A stretch of 64,000 bases of DNA from an uncultured Gemmatimonadales bacterium (GCA_963793305.1 CAWBZV010000002.1:224001-288000), one strand, 5' to 3'. Shown: positions 10,291-26,998, numbered from the stretch's first letter. The notes: generated from the letters alone by a model not told the origin. Program-made: numbers and translations.

Positions 10291-10373
10291 GGTGGGGTAC
10301 CCAAGTGGCCAACGGGAGCAGACTGTAAATCTGCCGGCGTATGCCTTCGAAGGTTCGAATCCTTCCCCCACCA
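10291..10373 (+). tRNA. tRNA-Tyr(GTA)
   Basis: GGTGGGG...CCCCACC-A, anticodon arm GCAGA-CTGTAAA-TCTGC, long variable arm. Confidence 0.95.
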
Positions 10374-10385
10374 TTCGCGGGGGAC

Positions 10386-10458
10386 GCGGGAGTAGCTCAG
10401 TTGGTAGAGCGCAAGCCTTCCAAGCTTGATGTCGCGGGTTCGAGCCCCGTCTCCCGCT
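10386..10458 (+). tRNA. tRNA-Gly(TCC)
   Basis: GCGGGAG...CTCCCGC-T, anticodon arm CAAGC-CTTCCAA-GCTTG. Confidence 0.95.
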
Positions 10459-10586
10459 TGTCGAGGATGCAGGAGCTGGAGCTGATGTTGGGCACAAAGA
10501 CACGCGAGACGCGCAGCACGAGGAGTCGAGCCAAGGCGAGACGACATCTAATAGGACAGAGCTACGCGAGAGTTTGCGTAGCAAAC

Positions 10587-10659
10587 GCTCGCGTAGCTCA
10601 GTCGGTAGAGCGCACCCTTGGTAAGGGTGAGGTCATCGGTTCAATCCCGATCGCGAGCT
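10587..10659 (+). tRNA. tRNA-Thr(GGT)
   Basis: GCTCGCG...CGCGAGC-T, anticodon arm CACCC-TTGGTAA-GGGTG. Confidence 0.95.
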
Positions 10660-10696
10660 TGGACGTAGGACACTTAACACTGGACGCAAATTAGTC

Positions 10697-11890
10697 ATGG
10701 CAAAGGCAAAGTTTGAGCGGACGAAGCCGCACGTAAACGTGGGAACGATCGGGCACGTCGACCATGGAAAGACGACGTTGACCGCGGCGATAACGCTGGT
10801 CCAATCGGCAAAGGGATTGGCCCAGAAAGTTGCGTTTGATCAAATCGATAAGGCGCCGGAAGAGCGCGAGCGTGGAATCACGATCGCGACGGCGCATGTA
10901 GAGTATGAGAGCGACAAGCGGCACTATGCGCACGTCGACTGCCCAGGTCACGCCGATTACGTGAAGAACATGATCACGGGTGCTGCCCAGATGGACGGCG
11001 CCATTCTCGTGGTCAGCGCCGCTGACGGCCCGATGCCGCAGACGCGCGAGCACATCCTGCTCGCCCGTCAGGTCAACGTGCCGTTCATCGTCGTGTTCAT
11101 GAACAAGGTCGATTCCGTCGACGATCCAGAGCTGCTGGATCTCGTCGAGCTCGAGGTCCGCGAGCTGTTGAGCGCGTACAACTTCCCAGGCGATGAGATC
11201 CCGGTGATCCGTGGCTCGGCGCTTAAGGCGCTCGAGAGCGGCGACCCGAAGTCGGAGTGGGGTGCCAAGATCGGCGAGCTGATGACCGCCTTGGATTCGT
11301 ACATCCCGATTCCGAAGCGTGAAGTCGACAAGCCGTTCCTGATGCCGGTCGAAGACGTGTTCTCGATCACGGGCCGTGGCACAGTGGCCACCGGTCGTAT
11401 CGAACGCGGCAAAGTCAAAGTCGGCGAAGAGCTCGCATTGATCGGATTCAACTCCGACAAGAAGACGGTCGTTACTGGCGTCGAGATGTTCAGAAAGCTG
11501 CTCGATGACGGCCAGGCTGGCGACAACGTCGGACTGCTTCTGCGTGGACTGGGCAAGGAAGATGTCGAGCGCGGGATGGTGCTGGCGAAGACGGGTTCGA
11601 TCACGCCGCACACGCACTTCGATGCGGAAGTCTACGTGCTGACCAAGGAAGAGGGCGGGCGGCACACGCCGTTCTTCAAGGGCTATCGTCCGCAGTTTTA
11701 TTTTAGAACAACGGATGTCACGGGAAGCGTTGAGCTCCCCGCGGGCACCGAGATGGTCATGCCGGGCGACAATATCCAGATGGCCATTGAGTTGATCACA
11801 CCGATCGCCATGGACGAGGGTCTGCGGTTCGCCATTCGTGAGGGTGGCCGGACGGTCGGCGCCGGTGTCGTCACCAAAATCATCAAGTAA
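10697..11890 (+). CDS. tuf: Elongation factor Tu (copy 1)
   Basis: [18 protein letters not shown]; 397 aa. Confidence 0.99.
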   Translation: MAKAKFERTKPHVNVGTIGHVDHGKTTLTAAITLVQSAKGLAQKVAFDQIDKAPEERERGITIATAHVEYESDKRHYAHVDCPGHADYVKNMITGAAQMDGAILVVSAADGPMPQTREHILLARQVNVPFIVVFMNKVDSVDDPELLDLVELEVRELLSAYNFPGDEIPVIRGSALKALESGDPKSEWGAKIGELMTALDSYIPIPKREVDKPFLMPVEDVFSITGRGTVATGRIERGKVKVGEELALIGFNSDKKTVVTGVEMFRKLLDDGQAGDNVGLLLRGLGKEDVERGMVLAKTGSITPHTHFDAEVYVLTKEEGGRHTPFFKGYRPQFYFRTTDVTGSVELPAGTEMVMPGDNIQMAIELITPIAMDEGLRFAIREGGRTVGAGVVTKIIK

Positions 11891-11896
11891 ATCGCC

Positions 11897-12049
11897 ATGC
11901 CTCGCGAGAAGATCATCCTAGCGTGCAACGAGTGCAAAAACCGCAACTACTTCACCACGAAGAACAAGCGCACGCATCCCGAGCGCGTCGAGTGGAAGAA
12001 GTATTGCCCGCGGTGCAACAAGCACCACGTGCATAAGGAAACCAAGTAG
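11897..12049 (+). CDS. rpmG: 50S ribosomal protein L33 (Zn-binding type)
   Basis: Not in the ORF track; my translation is [50 protein letters not shown]. Confidence 0.95.
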   Translation: MPREKIILACNECKNRNYFTTKNKRTHPERVEWKKYCPRCNKHHVHKETK

Positions 12050-12050
12050 C

Positions 12051-12314
12051 ATGGCCGTCGACGTGGCGCGAGCGGGTGAGGCCAAGGAAAGCTGGTTTGC
12101 GCGGGTCGGCGCGTTCGTGCATTCGATCCCGTCGACCTACCGGGCCATCGTCAACGAGATGCGCCGGGTGACCTGGCCCAGCGTTGAGGAGATTCGGCAG
12201 TTATCGGTGATGGTGGTGGTCTTGTCGCTCTTTATCGGCGCCGTGATCGCCGTGATGGACGTGACCTTTCAAGCGATCTTGGTGCGATGGATTCCGCAGC
12301 TGTTCGCACGTTGA
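12051..12314 (+). CDS. secE: Preprotein translocase SecE
   Basis: EMRRVTWPS motif plus a C-terminal TM helix; conserved position. Confidence 0.92.
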   Translation: MAVDVARAGEAKESWFARVGAFVHSIPSTYRAIVNEMRRVTWPSVEEIRQLSVMVVVLSLFIGAVIAVMDVTFQAILVRWIPQLFAR

Positions 12315-12316
12315 GC

Positions 12317-12859
12317 ATGGAGCATCGCTGGTACGCGATTCAGACGACCGCCGGACATGAGAACAAAGTCCGGTCGCTGATTCAGCGGAAGATCGAGATG
12401 GACCCGGCTGCCGCCGAGGTCCGCTCGATCCGCCAGGCGTTGGTCCCGACGCAGGAAGTCGTCGAGATCAAGAATGGCAAGAAAGTGAATGTGGAACGGA
12501 AGATGTACCCTGGGTATGTGCTCGTTGAGATGGTCATGAATCAGGAAACGATTCATACCATCAACGGCATCCAAGGGGTGATCAAGTTCGTCGGGCATGA
12601 TCGGCTGCCGCAGCCGCTCCGGCCCGACGAGGTCAATCGGCTCCTCGGGATCGCGACTGATGCCGAGCCAGAGGAGCCGAAAGAAGAGATTCCGTTCCTG
12701 GTCGGTCAGGCGGTCGCTATCACCGAGGGGCCCTTCACCGATTTCAACGGGACTGTTGAAGAGGTCATGCCGGATAAGGGCAAGGTTCGCGTCTCGGTTT
12801 CGCTGTTCGGCCGACCGACTTCGGTGGAACTCGACTACTTGCAGTTAAAGGCATACTGA
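12317..12859 (+). CDS. nusG: Transcription elongation factor NusG
   Basis: WYAIQTTAGHENKV, YPGYVLVEM, KOW motif GPFTDFNG. Confidence 0.97.
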   Translation: MEHRWYAIQTTAGHENKVRSLIQRKIEMDPAAAEVRSIRQALVPTQEVVEIKNGKKVNVERKMYPGYVLVEMVMNQETIHTINGIQGVIKFVGHDRLPQPLRPDEVNRLLGIATDAEPEEPKEEIPFLVGQAVAITEGPFTDFNGTVEEVMPDKGKVRVSVSLFGRPTSVELDYLQLKAY

Positions 12860-13002
12860 ACGCAGGGCGCTTCGCGCCACCGCACAGGCGGCGAAGCGGG
12901 GCATGGTGTGGTTGGGTTTGGCGGGGTTTGGCAGCCGCGCACGAGCGTAGCGAAGTGCGCGCCGAGTAGGCCGTCGGAGACCACGCCGACGCGAAAAGAA
13001 CA

Positions 13003-13028
13003 GTGGGAGTCGTAGGTACGACGCTAAG
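13003..13028 (+). promoter_or_regulatory. Putative L1-binding autoregulatory site in the rplK leader
   Basis: GGGA followed by the stem GTCGTA-GG-TACGAC and GCTAA, resembling the L1-binding kink motif, just before the rplK SD. Confidence 0.5.
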
Positions 13029-13040
13029 AGAGGGAGTCGA

Positions 13041-13463
13041 ATGGCGAAAAAGGTTACGGGATTCGTGAAGCTCCAGATTCCTGCGGGGCGCGCGAATCCG
13101 GCACCCCCTGTCGGCACCGCACTGGGCCCACAGGGGATCAACATCATGGCGTTCGTGAAGGAGTTCAACGCACGCACGCAGGGCCAGGATACCATCCTGC
13201 CCGTCGAAGTCACGATCTTCAGTGACAAGTCGTTCACTTTTATCACCAAGACGCCGCCCGCGGCGGTCTTGCTGAAGAAAGAGGCGGGTGTCGAGAAGGG
13301 CTCGGGCACGCCGAACAAGCAAAAGGTGGGCTCAGTCACCAAGGCGCAGATCCGCAAGATCGCGGAGATCAAGCTGCCGGACCTGAATTGCGATTCGATC
13401 GAGTCGGCCGAAGCGATGGTGGCCGGCGCCGCGCGGTCGATGGGCATCGAGGTCAAGGGCTGA
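13041..13463 (+). CDS. rplK: 50S ribosomal protein L11
   Basis: [20 protein letters not shown]. Confidence 0.98.
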   Translation: MAKKVTGFVKLQIPAGRANPAPPVGTALGPQGINIMAFVKEFNARTQGQDTILPVEVTIFSDKSFTFITKTPPAAVLLKKEAGVEKGSGTPNKQKVGSVTKAQIRKIAEIKLPDLNCDSIESAEAMVAGAARSMGIEVKG

Positions 13464-14155
13464 TGAACACGCACGGGAAGAAGTACACGGACGCGGCAAA
13501 GCGGCTGCCGATCGGGGCGCCGCAGTCAGCGCACGCGGCTCTGGAGCTCGTCAAGCAGGCGGCCTTCGCCAAGTTCGACGAGACCGTCGAGGTCTCCGTC
13601 CATCTGGGCGTCGACCCGCGCCACGCCGACCAGCTCGTGCGCGGCACGGTCGTGCTGCCGGCGGGCACCGGTAAGTCGGTCCGCGTGCTCGTGATCGCGG
13701 TCGGCGACAAGGCCCGCGACGCGCAGGCGGCGGGAGCCGATTTTGTCGGCGCAGAGTACATCCAGAAGATCAAAGAGGGCTGGATGGACTTCGACGTGAT
13801 GATCGCGACCCCGGACCAGATGGGTCAGGTGGGCCAACTCGGCCGCGTGCTCGGGCCCCGTGGTCTCATGCCGAATCCCAAGGCCGGCACGGTGACGCCC
13901 GACGTGGCGAGAGCCGTGCGCGACACGAAGGCCGGAAAGATCGAGTTCCGCGTCGATAAGGGCGGCAACCTGCACGCGCCGATCGGCAAGGTCTCGTTCG
14001 CGGTCGATGCACTGCAGACGAACTTCAACGCGCTGATGGAGACGGTGGTTCGCTCCAAGCCAGCCGCCGCGAAGGGCGTGTACATCAAGAACGTCGTGAT
14101 CTCGAGCACCATGGGCCCGGGTATCACGATCGACATTACGCCCTATCGCTCATAG
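13463..14155 (+). CDS. rplA: 50S ribosomal protein L1
   Basis: [27 protein letters not shown] overlap with rplK. Confidence 0.98.
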   Translation: MNTHGKKYTDAAKRLPIGAPQSAHAALELVKQAAFAKFDETVEVSVHLGVDPRHADQLVRGTVVLPAGTGKSVRVLVIAVGDKARDAQAAGADFVGAEYIQKIKEGWMDFDVMIATPDQMGQVGQLGRVLGPRGLMPNPKAGTVTPDVARAVRDTKAGKIEFRVDKGGNLHAPIGKVSFAVDALQTNFNALMETVVRSKPAAAKGVYIKNVVISSTMGPGITIDITPYRS

Positions 14156-14157
14156 AT

Positions 14158-14667
14158 ATGAAAAAGACAGAGAAAGAAGCTCTGGTCTCAGAGCTCAAAT
14201 CGAAGATGGTCGGGGCAAAAGCCCTGTACTACACTGACTTCACGGGCTTGAACGTGAAGCAGATGACGGATTTGCGGCGCCGGTTCCGGAAGGGCGGCGT
14301 CGAGTACGTCGTTATCAAGAATTCACTGGCGCTTCGCGCCGTGAATCAAAGCGGTCTCGTGGGTACCAAGCTCAAGGGCCCCACCGGCATTGTGATTGGG
14401 AAGGACCCGGTCACGGCTGCCAAAGTTTTGACCGATTTTGCTAAAGAATTCGAGAAACCCGGGGTCAAAGGCGGGTTGCTCGATGGCAAGGTGATCGACA
14501 AGGCGCAGATAACGAAACTCGCGACGATGCCGTCGCGGGAGCAGCTCCTCGCCAACCTCGGTGCCGCGCTCCAATCGCCGTTGGCCGGATTCGCCGGCGC
14601 GCTCAACGGTGTGCTGTCCACGTTCGCCGGCGCGCTCGAGGCGTTGCGCGCCCAGCGCGAAGGGTGA
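14158..14667 (+). CDS. rplJ: 50S ribosomal protein L10
   Basis: DFTGLNV, VIKNSL, LKGPT, LATMPSRE. Confidence 0.96.
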   Translation: MKKTEKEALVSELKSKMVGAKALYYTDFTGLNVKQMTDLRRRFRKGGVEYVVIKNSLALRAVNQSGLVGTKLKGPTGIVIGKDPVTAAKVLTDFAKEFEKPGVKGGLLDGKVIDKAQITKLATMPSREQLLANLGAALQSPLAGFAGALNGVLSTFAGALEALRAQREG

Positions 14668-14700
14668 CCCTCCCCGTACTATATTTAGAGAGACGAGACA

Positions 14701-15111
14701 ATGGCTAACGCAACGCAGCTCAGCAGTGACGATATCCTCGAAGCAATCGGCAACATGTCGGTCTTCGAGCTTTCCGAGCTGATCGACAAGTTCAAGAGCA
14801 AGTTCAACGTGACCATCGCCGCCGCACCAGTCGGTGGCGCAGCGCCGGCAGCTGGCGGCGCCGGCGGTGGCGCCGCAGCAGCGGCGCCCGTCGAGGAGCA
14901 GACCGAGTTCGCGGTCACGCTCAAGGAAGCGGGTGCGAAGAAGATTCAGGTCATCAAGGTCGTGCGCGAAGTCACGTCGCTCGGCCTGAAGGAAGCAAAA
15001 GACCTGGTCGACGGCGCACCGCAGGTCGTGAAAGCTGGCGTCTCAAAGGACGAGGCGGCACTGATCAAGGCCAAGTTGGAGGAACAGGGCGCGACGGTCG
15101 AGGTGAAGTAA
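14701..15111 (+). CDS. rplL: 50S ribosomal protein L7/L12
   Basis: [24 protein letters not shown]; Ala/Gly hinge. Confidence 0.98.
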   Translation: MANATQLSSDDILEAIGNMSVFELSELIDKFKSKFNVTIAAAPVGGAAPAAGGAGGGAAAAAPVEEQTEFAVTLKEAGAKKIQVIKVVREVTSLGLKEAKDLVDGAPQVVKAGVSKDEAALIKAKLEEQGATVEVK

Positions 15112-15247
15112 CTGAAGACTGGCGACGGGCCGACGCACGGCCCAAAAGTCGAACTGGAGGGGGAAGTACGTCGTTCCAGCACCCGTTGGAACGGCCGATC
15201 TTCCGTCTCCCGTCCGACGTCCGCATTACACGGGGACCAAGCCTGAC

Positions 15248-19870
<4,623 letters not shown>

Positions 19871-19873
19871 CTC

Positions 19874-22800
19874 ATGATCGATTTTCGCAGCGCGCGCGAG
19901 ACCCGCGCGTCGGCGTTCGACTTCATTCAGGTCCGCATTGCCTCGCCAGAGGAGATTCGCGGCCCGAAGGATCCAAAGGAGCGCGAGCGGCTGGAGATGG
20001 CCGGCTTGCGCACGTGGTGGTCGTGGGGCGAAGTGCTCAAGCCCGAGACGATCAACTATCGCTCGTTCAAGCCCGAGAAAGACGGGTTGTTCTGCGAGCG
20101 CATCTTCGGGCCGGTGAAGGACTGGGAGTGCCACTGCGGCAAGTACAAGCGCATTCGCTATCGCGGCGTCATCTGCGATCGGTGCGGCGTCGAGGTGACG
20201 CTGTCCAAGGTCCGCCGCGAGCGCATGGGGCACATCGAGCTGGCCGTGCCCGTGGCGCACATCTGGTTCTTCAAGACCTTGCCCTCGCCGATGGGCAATC
20301 TCCTCGACATCACCCTGCGTGATCTCGAGAAGATCATCTATTACTCGAACTACGTCGTCATCGACGCGGGGAGCCAGGACGTTCGGTTCACGCAGCTGCT
20401 CGATGAAGACGAGTATCTCTCATTGCGCCAGAAGGCGCGGGACGAGGGCGATGCGGCCTTCATGGCCGACATTGGCGCGCCCGCGGTTCGCGAGTTGCTC
20501 CGCCGCCTCGACGTCGACAAGGTCGCCGGCGAGCTGCGCTCGTCGGTCGCGGTCGAGTCGTCGCAGCATCGCAAGAAGCAGATGCTCAAGCGGCTCAAGA
20601 TCGTCGATGCGTTCATGAATTCCGGCGATGCCGGCGACGTGCGGAATAAGCCGGAGTGGATGATCCTGGACGTGATCCCGGTGATCCCGCCCGATCTCCG
20701 CCCGCTCGTTCCACTGGACGGCGGTCGGTTCGCGACCTCTGACCTGAACGACCTGTATCGCCGTGTTATTAATAGAAATAATCGGCTCCAAAAGCTGATC
20801 ACTCATCGTGCCCCTGAAGTGATCCTGCGCAATGAGAAGCGCATGCTTCAGGAGGCTGTCGATGCGTTGTTCGACAACGGCCGTCGGTCAAAGGCGATTC
20901 GTGGTCGCGGCAAGCGTCCACTGAAGTCGCTGTCCGATATGCTCAAGGGCAAGCAGGGCCGGTTCCGTCAGAACCTGCTCGGCAAGCGCGTCGACTACTC
21001 GGGCCGTTCGGTCATTGTCGTGGGCCCGGAGCTCAAGCTGCACCAGTGCGGTCTGCCAAAGGCCATGGCGCTGGAGCTCTTCAAGCCGTTCATCATCCAT
21101 AAGTTGGTTGAGAAGGGCATTGCCGAGACCGTCAAGCGCGCGAAGAAGATCGTCGAGCGCGAGTCGCCGGAAGTGTACGAGATCCTCGAAGAGATCATTC
21201 GGGATCACCCGGTGCTGCTCAATAGAGCCCCGACGCTGCATCGACTCGGCATTCAGGCATTCGAGCCGGTGCTGGTCGAAGGCAAGGCCATTCGTATTCA
21301 CCCGCTCGTCTGCGCGGCATTCAACGCCGACTTCGACGGCGACCAAATGGCCGTGCACGTGCCGCTCTCGTTCGAGGCGCAGCTGGAGAGTCGTCTCCTG
21401 ATGCTGTCGTCGAACAATATTTTGAAGCCGTCTGACGGCCGCCCGGTCGCGGAGCCCAGCCAGGACATTGTGCTCGGGTGCTATTTCGCGACGCGCGCGA
21501 CACCGGACTTCGACACGGCAGTCAAGAACGCGAAGCGCTATTCCACGGCCGAAGAGGTCGAGATGGCGGTCGCGCTCGGCCACGTCGAGTATCAGTCGCC
21601 GGTGAAGTTCTTGGTCGACGAGCCAACCGGAAAACGCTGGGTCGACACGACCGTCGGTCGCGTGTTGTTCAACGCGATCGTCCCGAAGGAGATCGGGTTC
21701 CAGAACCGCGAGATGAAGAAGAAGGCCCTGGGCGAGCTCGTCTTCGAGTCCTATCGCCGCGGTGGCTTGGCTACGACCGTGGAATTCCTGGACCGCCTGA
21801 AAGACTTCGGATTCAGAAATGCCACGCGCGGTGGTGTCTCGATCGGTATCGAAGACCTCCACATTCCCGCCGAGAAGGAGACACTGCTCGGCGAGGCCGA
21901 GGCGCGCGTCGAGCGGTTCCAGCGCGCGTACCAGACGGGCAATATCACGAACGGCGAGCGCTACAATAAGGTGATCGACACCTGGACGCACGCCAACAAC
22001 GACATTGCCGACGCCATGGTGAAGGCCATGCGCGAGTCGAAGCAGGGATTCAACCCCGTGTTCATGATGTTCGACTCGGGCTCGCGCGGCTCGCGTGACC
22101 AGATTCGTCAGCTGGCCGGTATGCGCGGTCTGATGGCGAAGCCGCAAAAGAAACTGACCGGTGGTATCGGTGAAATTATTGAGAGCCCGATCAAGTCGAA
22201 TTTTAGAGAGGGTCTCTCGGTGTTGGAGTATTTCATTAGTACGCACGGCGCTCGTAAGGGCTTGGCTGACACCGCGCTCAAGACGGCGGATGCCGGTTAC
22301 CTGACGCGTCGTCTCGTTGACGTGGCACAAGATGTCGTGATCACCGAAGACGATTGCGGCACGATCTTGGGCCTCGAAGTCGGCGCCTTGAAAGAAGGCG
22401 AAGACGTCATCGAGCCGCTCGGTGAGCGTATCGTCGGCAACGTCGCGGCCGAAGATGTCGAGGATCCGCACGAGATGGACGAGAGCGGCCGTCGTCGGTT
22501 GTTGATCGAAGCAGGCAAGTTGATCGACGAAGACACCGCGCGCGAAATCGAGGAGTCGGGCATCGAGACGGTGAAGATCCGCTCAGTGCTCACGTGCGAG
22601 GCCAAGCGTGGACTCTGCCGCATGTGCTATGGCCGTAATCTCGCCACGATGTCGATGGTCGACCTCGGCGAGGCGGTCGGTATCATCGCGGCGCAATCGA
22701 TCGGCGAGCCGGGCACGCAGCTGACTCTCCGTACCTTCCATATCGGTGGTACAGCAGCCCGTATCGCCGAGCAGACGAGCCGGAAGTCGAAAGTCGCCGG

Positions 22801-24172
22801 AAAGATCGAGTTTGGCGATCGCCTGGTCGTTGTCACCGGTGGTGATGGCCAGAAAGTGGTCACGTCGTACGAAGGCGAGGTGCTCATTCGTGCCGCTGGA
22901 GATAGATCCGGTGGGTTGGGTGCCAGACTTCAAGTGCCACTCGGCGCCATCCTGATGGTAGCGGATGGCGAAGAGGTCAAGCGCGATCAGGTGATCTTCA
23001 GTTGGGACCCGTACTCGAACCCGATTATCGCGGACGTGTCCGGTACCATTCGATTTGTCGACCTGGTCGAGGACGAATCGGTGTCCGAGGAGCTCGATGA
23101 GCTCACCGGCCTCCGTCAGCGTGTTGTCATCGAAGACCGCGACAAGAAGCTGCACCCGCACATCGAGATCTGGGACGATTCCAACGACCGCAAGGTCCGC
23201 GACTTCGTGATCCCGGTGGGCGCGCAGTTGACGGTCGAGGATGGCGCGGAGATCTCGGCGGGCACGACGATCGCCAAGGTCAGCCGCGAGGCGTACAAGA
23301 CCCGCGACATCACGGGCGGCCTGCCGCGCGTGGCGGAGCTGTTCGAGGCGCGCCGGCCGAAAGACCCGGCGACGATCTCGGAGATCGACGGCATCGTGCG
23401 GTTTGGCGAGATCAAGCGCGGCAAGCGCGAGATCTACGTGCACCCCTCGAAGACCGTGAACCACATGGTCGTCGTCGATGAATCACAAGAGGCGCAGCTC
23501 TACGAGGTGCCCGCAGGCAAGCACTTGCGTGTGCACGAGGGCGACCGCGTGCGCGCCGGTGACCGTCTCTCAGAGGGTCCTGTCAATCCGCATGATATCC
23601 TCCGGATCAAGGGTCCCCGCGCGGTCCAAGAGTATCTGCTCAACGAAGTGCAGGAGGTCTACCGCCTGCAGGGCGTGAAGATCAACGACAAGCACATTGG
23701 CGTGATCGTCCGCCAGATGTTGCAAAAAGTTCGCGTCATGGAGCCGGGCGAGACCGACTTCTTGGAAGGCGAGAACGTCGACAAGCAGACCTTCCGCGAC
23801 GAGAACGAGAAGGGCAAGAAAAAGAAGCAGGCCCCAGCAACGTCCGAGCCGCTCCTGCTCGGCATCACGAAGGCCAGCCTCACGACGCAGTCCTTCGTCT
23901 CGGCCGCGTCGTTCCAAGAGACCACGCGCGTCCTCACGGATGCCGCGATCCGCGGCGCCCAGGACGATCTCCTGGGTCTCAAGGAGAACATTATTATCGG
24001 CCATTTGATCCCGGCCGGAACTGGGATGTATCGCTATCAAGACGTGGAGATCGAGGGCATGGAAGTGCCCCCGACTCCGCTCGCTACCGAAGATCCTCTC
24101 GGCATGGGCGCATCACCGTTCGCGCCATTGCCGACGCTCGCGGGCAGTATGGCCGGAGCGGATGACGAGTAG
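19874..24172 (+). CDS. rpoC: RNA polymerase beta' subunit
   Basis: NADFDGD, zinc-finger motifs, GEPGTQLT. Confidence 0.99.
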   Translation: MIDFRSARETRASAFDFIQVRIASPEEIRGPKDPKERERLEMAGLRTWWSWGEVLKPETINYRSFKPEKDGLFCERIFGPVKDWECHCGKYKRIRYRGVICDRCGVEVTLSKVRRERMGHIELAVPVAHIWFFKTLPSPMGNLLDITLRDLEKIIYYSNYVVIDAGSQDVRFTQLLDEDEYLSLRQKARDEGDAAFMADIGAPAVRELLRRLDVDKVAGELRSSVAVESSQHRKKQMLKRLKIVDAFMNSGDAGDVRNKPEWMILDVIPVIPPDLRPLVPLDGGRFATSDLNDLYRRVINRNNRLQKLITHRAPEVILRNEKRMLQEAVDALFDNGRRSKAIRGRGKRPLKSLSDMLKGKQGRFRQNLLGKRVDYSGRSVIVVGPELKLHQCGLPKAMALELFKPFIIHKLVEKGIAETVKRAKKIVERESPEVYEILEEIIRDHPVLLNRAPTLHRLGIQAFEPVLVEGKAIRIHPLVCAAFNADFDGDQMAVHVPLSFEAQLESRLLMLSSNNILKPSDGRPVAEPSQDIVLGCYFATRATPDFDTAVKNAKRYSTAEEVEMAVALGHVEYQSPVKFLVDEPTGKRWVDTTVGRVLFNAIVPKEIGFQNREMKKKALGELVFESYRRGGLATTVEFLDRLKDFGFRNATRGGVSIGIEDLHIPAEKETLLGEAEARVERFQRAYQTGNITNGERYNKVIDTWTHANNDIADAMVKAMRESKQGFNPVFMMFDSGSRGSRDQIRQLAGMRGLMAKPQKKLTGGIGEIIESPIKSNFREGLSVLEYFISTHGARKGLADTALKTADAGYLTRRLVDVAQDVVITEDDCGTILGLEVGALKEGEDVIEPLGERIVGNVAAEDVEDPHEMDESGRRRLLIEAGKLIDEDTAREIEESGIETVKIRSVLTCEAKRGLCRMCYGRNLATMSMVDLGEAVGIIAAQSIGEPGTQLTLRTFHIGGTAARIAEQTSRKSKVAGKIEFGDRLVVVTGGDGQKVVTSYEGEVLIRAAGDRSGGLGARLQVPLGAILMVADGEEVKRDQVIFSWDPYSNPIIADVSGTIRFVDLVEDESVSEELDELTGLRQRVVIEDRDKKLHPHIEIWDDSNDRKVRDFVIPVGAQLTVEDGAEISAGTTIAKVSREAYKTRDITGGLPRVAELFEARRPKDPATISEIDGIVRFGEIKRGKREIYVHPSKTVNHMVVVDESQEAQLYEVPAGKHLRVHEGDRVRAGDRLSEGPVNPHDILRIKGPRAVQEYLLNEVQEVYRLQGVKINDKHIGVIVRQMLQKVRVMEPGETDFLEGENVDKQTFRDENEKGKKKKQAPATSEPLLLGITKASLTTQSFVSAASFQETTRVLTDAAIRGAQDDLLGLKENIIIGHLIPAGTGMYRYQDVEIEGMEVPPTPLATEDPLGMGASPFAPLPTLAGSMAGADDE

Positions 24173-25994
24173 TCGTACCGTCTCTTCGACGGGCGCATGG
24201 GCAACGGCCCGGGGCTATCGCTCCGGGCCGTTGGTCGTAACATGGGTGTTGGCGATGGCGTTCGTCCTGGCGCACGTCGATCGAGGCTGGGGTCCGCCCG
24301 ACGAGGGGCTGCTCGGCCAAACGGCCGAGCGGTTCCTCCACGGTGAGATCCCGCACCGGGATTTCGACGATCTCTATACCGGCGGGTTGACCGCCCTCCA
24401 CGCGGCCGCGTTCGCGATCTTTGGCGTTCGCCTCGTGGTACTCCGGTGGGTGCTGGCCGGGGCAGTCGCCTGCTGGATCCCGATCGTCTACGCGCTCGCC
24501 CGACGCTTCGCCGCGCCGGTGACCGCGGCGAGCGTCACGCTGCTGGCGGTCGTGTGGAGCGTGCCCGCCTATCCGGCAGCGATGCCGTCGTGGTACAACC
24601 TGTTTTTCGCCAGCGCGGGTCTCCTGGCGCTCTTCCGCTTCGCCGAAACCAGGAGCCCGCGATCGATGTTCGGCGCGGGGCTCTTCGGCGGCCTTTCCAT
24701 TCTGTTCAAGGTCGTTGGATTGTACTTCGTTGCCGCGGCCGGACTGGTCGCGGTATTTTCGGCTGTCGACCTGGCCTCTGACGAGGGGAATGTGCCGGCG
24801 GTCCCGGTCGGTGTCGTGCCGGCCGCCGTCCTCCTGCTGGCGGTGCTATGGCTGGTGCGTATCCGACCAGATGCCGGCACGCTGTTCTATTTCGTCGCCC
24901 CGGCTGTTGGCATCGCCGTCGCGCTGACGGCCACCGCTGCTCGGGCCAAGCGCGTCGATGGGCGCGAGGTGTGGACGCCGGTCGTGGCGCTGGGCGCCGG
25001 CGTCGTGGTCGGTGTCCTGGGCATTGTGATTTTTTATGCCCAACACCACGCGCTGGATGCGTTGGTCAGAGGCGCGCTGATCGGTCCGACCCGCCGTCTG
25101 GTGTTTGCATCGAGGGAGCCGCACCTGTACGCGGCGTTGGCGGCTCTGCCACTGGCCGCGGTCGCCGTCGCCAGCCCGCGCGTCCGTCGGCCAGCGACGG
25201 CACGAACCATCGCCCTGCTGATCGTCGCGGTGTTCGCTGTGCTGGTCGTCCTGAGCCGACGTACCGACAATCTGGGACAGTCCGCCGACAGCAACCTCGC
25301 GTACCGGCTGGTGCTGGACTCGGTTGCGCCAACCATTGTGCTCGTCACCCTGGCGTACGCCGTCGCGGTCGTTCGCCGCGCGGGGCCGTCGCTACCGCGC
25401 GAGCGACGGGTCGCCGCCTTCGCGGCTATCACGGTGGCCGCGTTGTGCTCCCTGATCGGGTTTCCGTACTACAACGATCTGTATTTCTACTACGTCGCCC
25501 CGCTCGTCCTGATCGCCGTGCTGGCGCTCCTGGCCGTGTGGGGACGCCCGATCTCGCCGTGGATCGCGTCGGCGACGCTCGGCATGTACCTCATATTTGG
25601 CGCCACCCGGGTCGCCGTCGGCGGGTCGTCGCGCCTGGCGTTCCCCCGTGGTGGCTTGCGTGTCTATCCGGCGGACAGCGCCGGGGCCGGGGCGTTCGTA
25701 GATACGGTACACCATCATGCGACCGGCGGCTATCTCTACGCCATGCTCGACGCGCCCGAAGCATACTTTATGACAGGGCTCGAGAACCCAACGCGGACCA
25801 TGTACGAATTCTTCGACGATACCGCCGGTCACACCGACAGCGTCTTGCGCCAGATCACCGCGCATGACGTGCGCGTCGTGGTCACCGGTCACGGCGTCTT
25901 TTCCCCGCCGGAGCCCGCGTTGCTCGACTCGCTGCGCGCACGGTATCCCGACTCTGTCCACGTGTGGAGGTTCACCGTACGGTGGCGGCAATGA
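24162..25994 (+). CDS. Polytopic membrane protein, GT-C (ArnT/PMT-like) glycosyltransferase-like
   Basis: N-terminal DEG...GEIPHRDF..Y motif, many TM helices and a soluble C-terminal domain. Confidence 0.6.
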   Translation: MTSSRTVSSTGAWATARGYRSGPLVVTWVLAMAFVLAHVDRGWGPPDEGLLGQTAERFLHGEIPHRDFDDLYTGGLTALHAAAFAIFGVRLVVLRWVLAGAVACWIPIVYALARRFAAPVTAASVTLLAVVWSVPAYPAAMPSWYNLFFASAGLLALFRFAETRSPRSMFGAGLFGGLSILFKVVGLYFVAAAGLVAVFSAVDLASDEGNVPAVPVGVVPAAVLLLAVLWLVRIRPDAGTLFYFVAPAVGIAVALTATAARAKRVDGREVWTPVVALGAGVVVGVLGIVIFYAQHHALDALVRGALIGPTRRLVFASREPHLYAALAALPLAAVAVASPRVRRPATARTIALLIVAVFAVLVVLSRRTDNLGQSADSNLAYRLVLDSVAPTIVLVTLAYAVAVVRRAGPSLPRERRVAAFAAITVAALCSLIGFPYYNDLYFYYVAPLVLIAVLALLAVWGRPISPWIASATLGMYLIFGATRVAVGGSSRLAFPRGGLRVYPADSAGAGAFVDTVHHHATGGYLYAMLDAPEAYFMTGLENPTRTMYEFFDDTAGHTDSVLRQITAHDVRVVVTGHGVFSPPEPALLDSLRARYPDSVHVWRFTVRWRQ

Positions 25995-26998
25995 CCGGGA
26001 TCACCACGGAGCGCGATCAGCTGCTGGAGGCGGCGGTGGAGCTGCGGCGCCAGGTCGCATCGCGCATCCTCGGCCAGGACCCCGTGCTCGATGAAATTCT
26101 GATCGCGCTCATCGCCGGCGGCCATGCGCTGCTGGTCGGTGTGCCGGGCCTCGCCAAGACGCTCATGATCCGGTCGATCGCCGAGGCGACCCATCTCGAC
26201 TTTCGTCGCATTCAGTTCACCCCTGACCTCGTGCCCTCCGACATCACCGGGACCGAGGTGATGGAAGAAGACCAGGCGAGCGGCCGTCGCACGTTCCGGT
26301 TCGTGCCTGGACCGGTCTTCGCCAACATCATTCTGGCCGACGAGATCAACCGCACGCCACCGCGCACGCAAGCCGCTCTGTTGGAAGCCATGCAAGAGGC
26401 GCGGGTCACCGCCTCCGGCGAGACACGCCCGCTCCCCTCACCGTTTTTTGTTTTGGCGACGCAGAATCCCATCGAGCAAGAGGGCACGTATCCGTTGCCC
26501 GAGGCCCAGCTCGATCGCTTCTTGTTCGATATCCGGGTCGGATATCCGGCCGAATCGGACGAATTGGCGATCTTGCGCTCGACCACCGGCGCTCCCTCTC
26601 CCCCCTTATCGCCGGTGCTGTCGGGCGAAGACGCCCTTGCCCTGCAAAGACTCGCCCGCGACATCCCGGCCGCCGAGCCGGCGCTTCGGTACGCGAACGC
26701 CCTGGTGCGCTCGACGCGCCCGGATGAGCCCAACGCACCGGCGATCGTCAAGCGCCATGTGCGCTGGGGCGCCGGACCGCGCGCGGGCCAAGCGCTCATC
26801 CTCGGTGCGAAAGCCCACGCGCTTATCCAGGGCCGATTTGCGGTGTCGCCCGGTGATATCCGGCGCGTCGCGCTGCCGGTGCTCCGGCACCGGATCTTGC
26901 CGACGTTCGCCGCCGAGGCCGAGGGCGTGACTTCCGAGCGCATCGTCGCCGAGTTGCTCGACACGATCAAACCGCCGTCGAGCGACGTGCGCGTATGA
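25991..26998 (+). CDS. MoxR-family AAA+ ATPase
   Basis: GVPGLAKT, RIQFTPDLVPSDITG, DEINR, TQNPIEQEGTYPLPEAQLDRF. Confidence 0.95.
   Translation: MTGITTERDQLLEAAVELRRQVASRILGQDPVLDEILIALIAGGHALLVGVPGLAKTLMIRSIAEATHLDFRRIQFTPDLVPSDITGTEVMEEDQASGRRTFRFVPGPVFANIILADEINRTPPRTQAALLEAMQEARVTASGETRPLPSPFFVLATQNPIEQEGTYPLPEAQLDRFLFDIRVGYPAESDELAILRSTTGAPSPPLSPVLSGEDALALQRLARDIPAAEPALRYANALVRSTRPDEPNAPAIVKRHVRWGAGPRAGQALILGAKAHALIQGRFAVSPGDIRRVALPVLRHRILPTFAAEAEGVTSERIVAELLDTIKPPSSDVRV

Noticed and set aside
10341..10694. 117-aa ORF across the tRNA cluster
   Set aside because: It overlaps three tRNA genes and has no coding signature.
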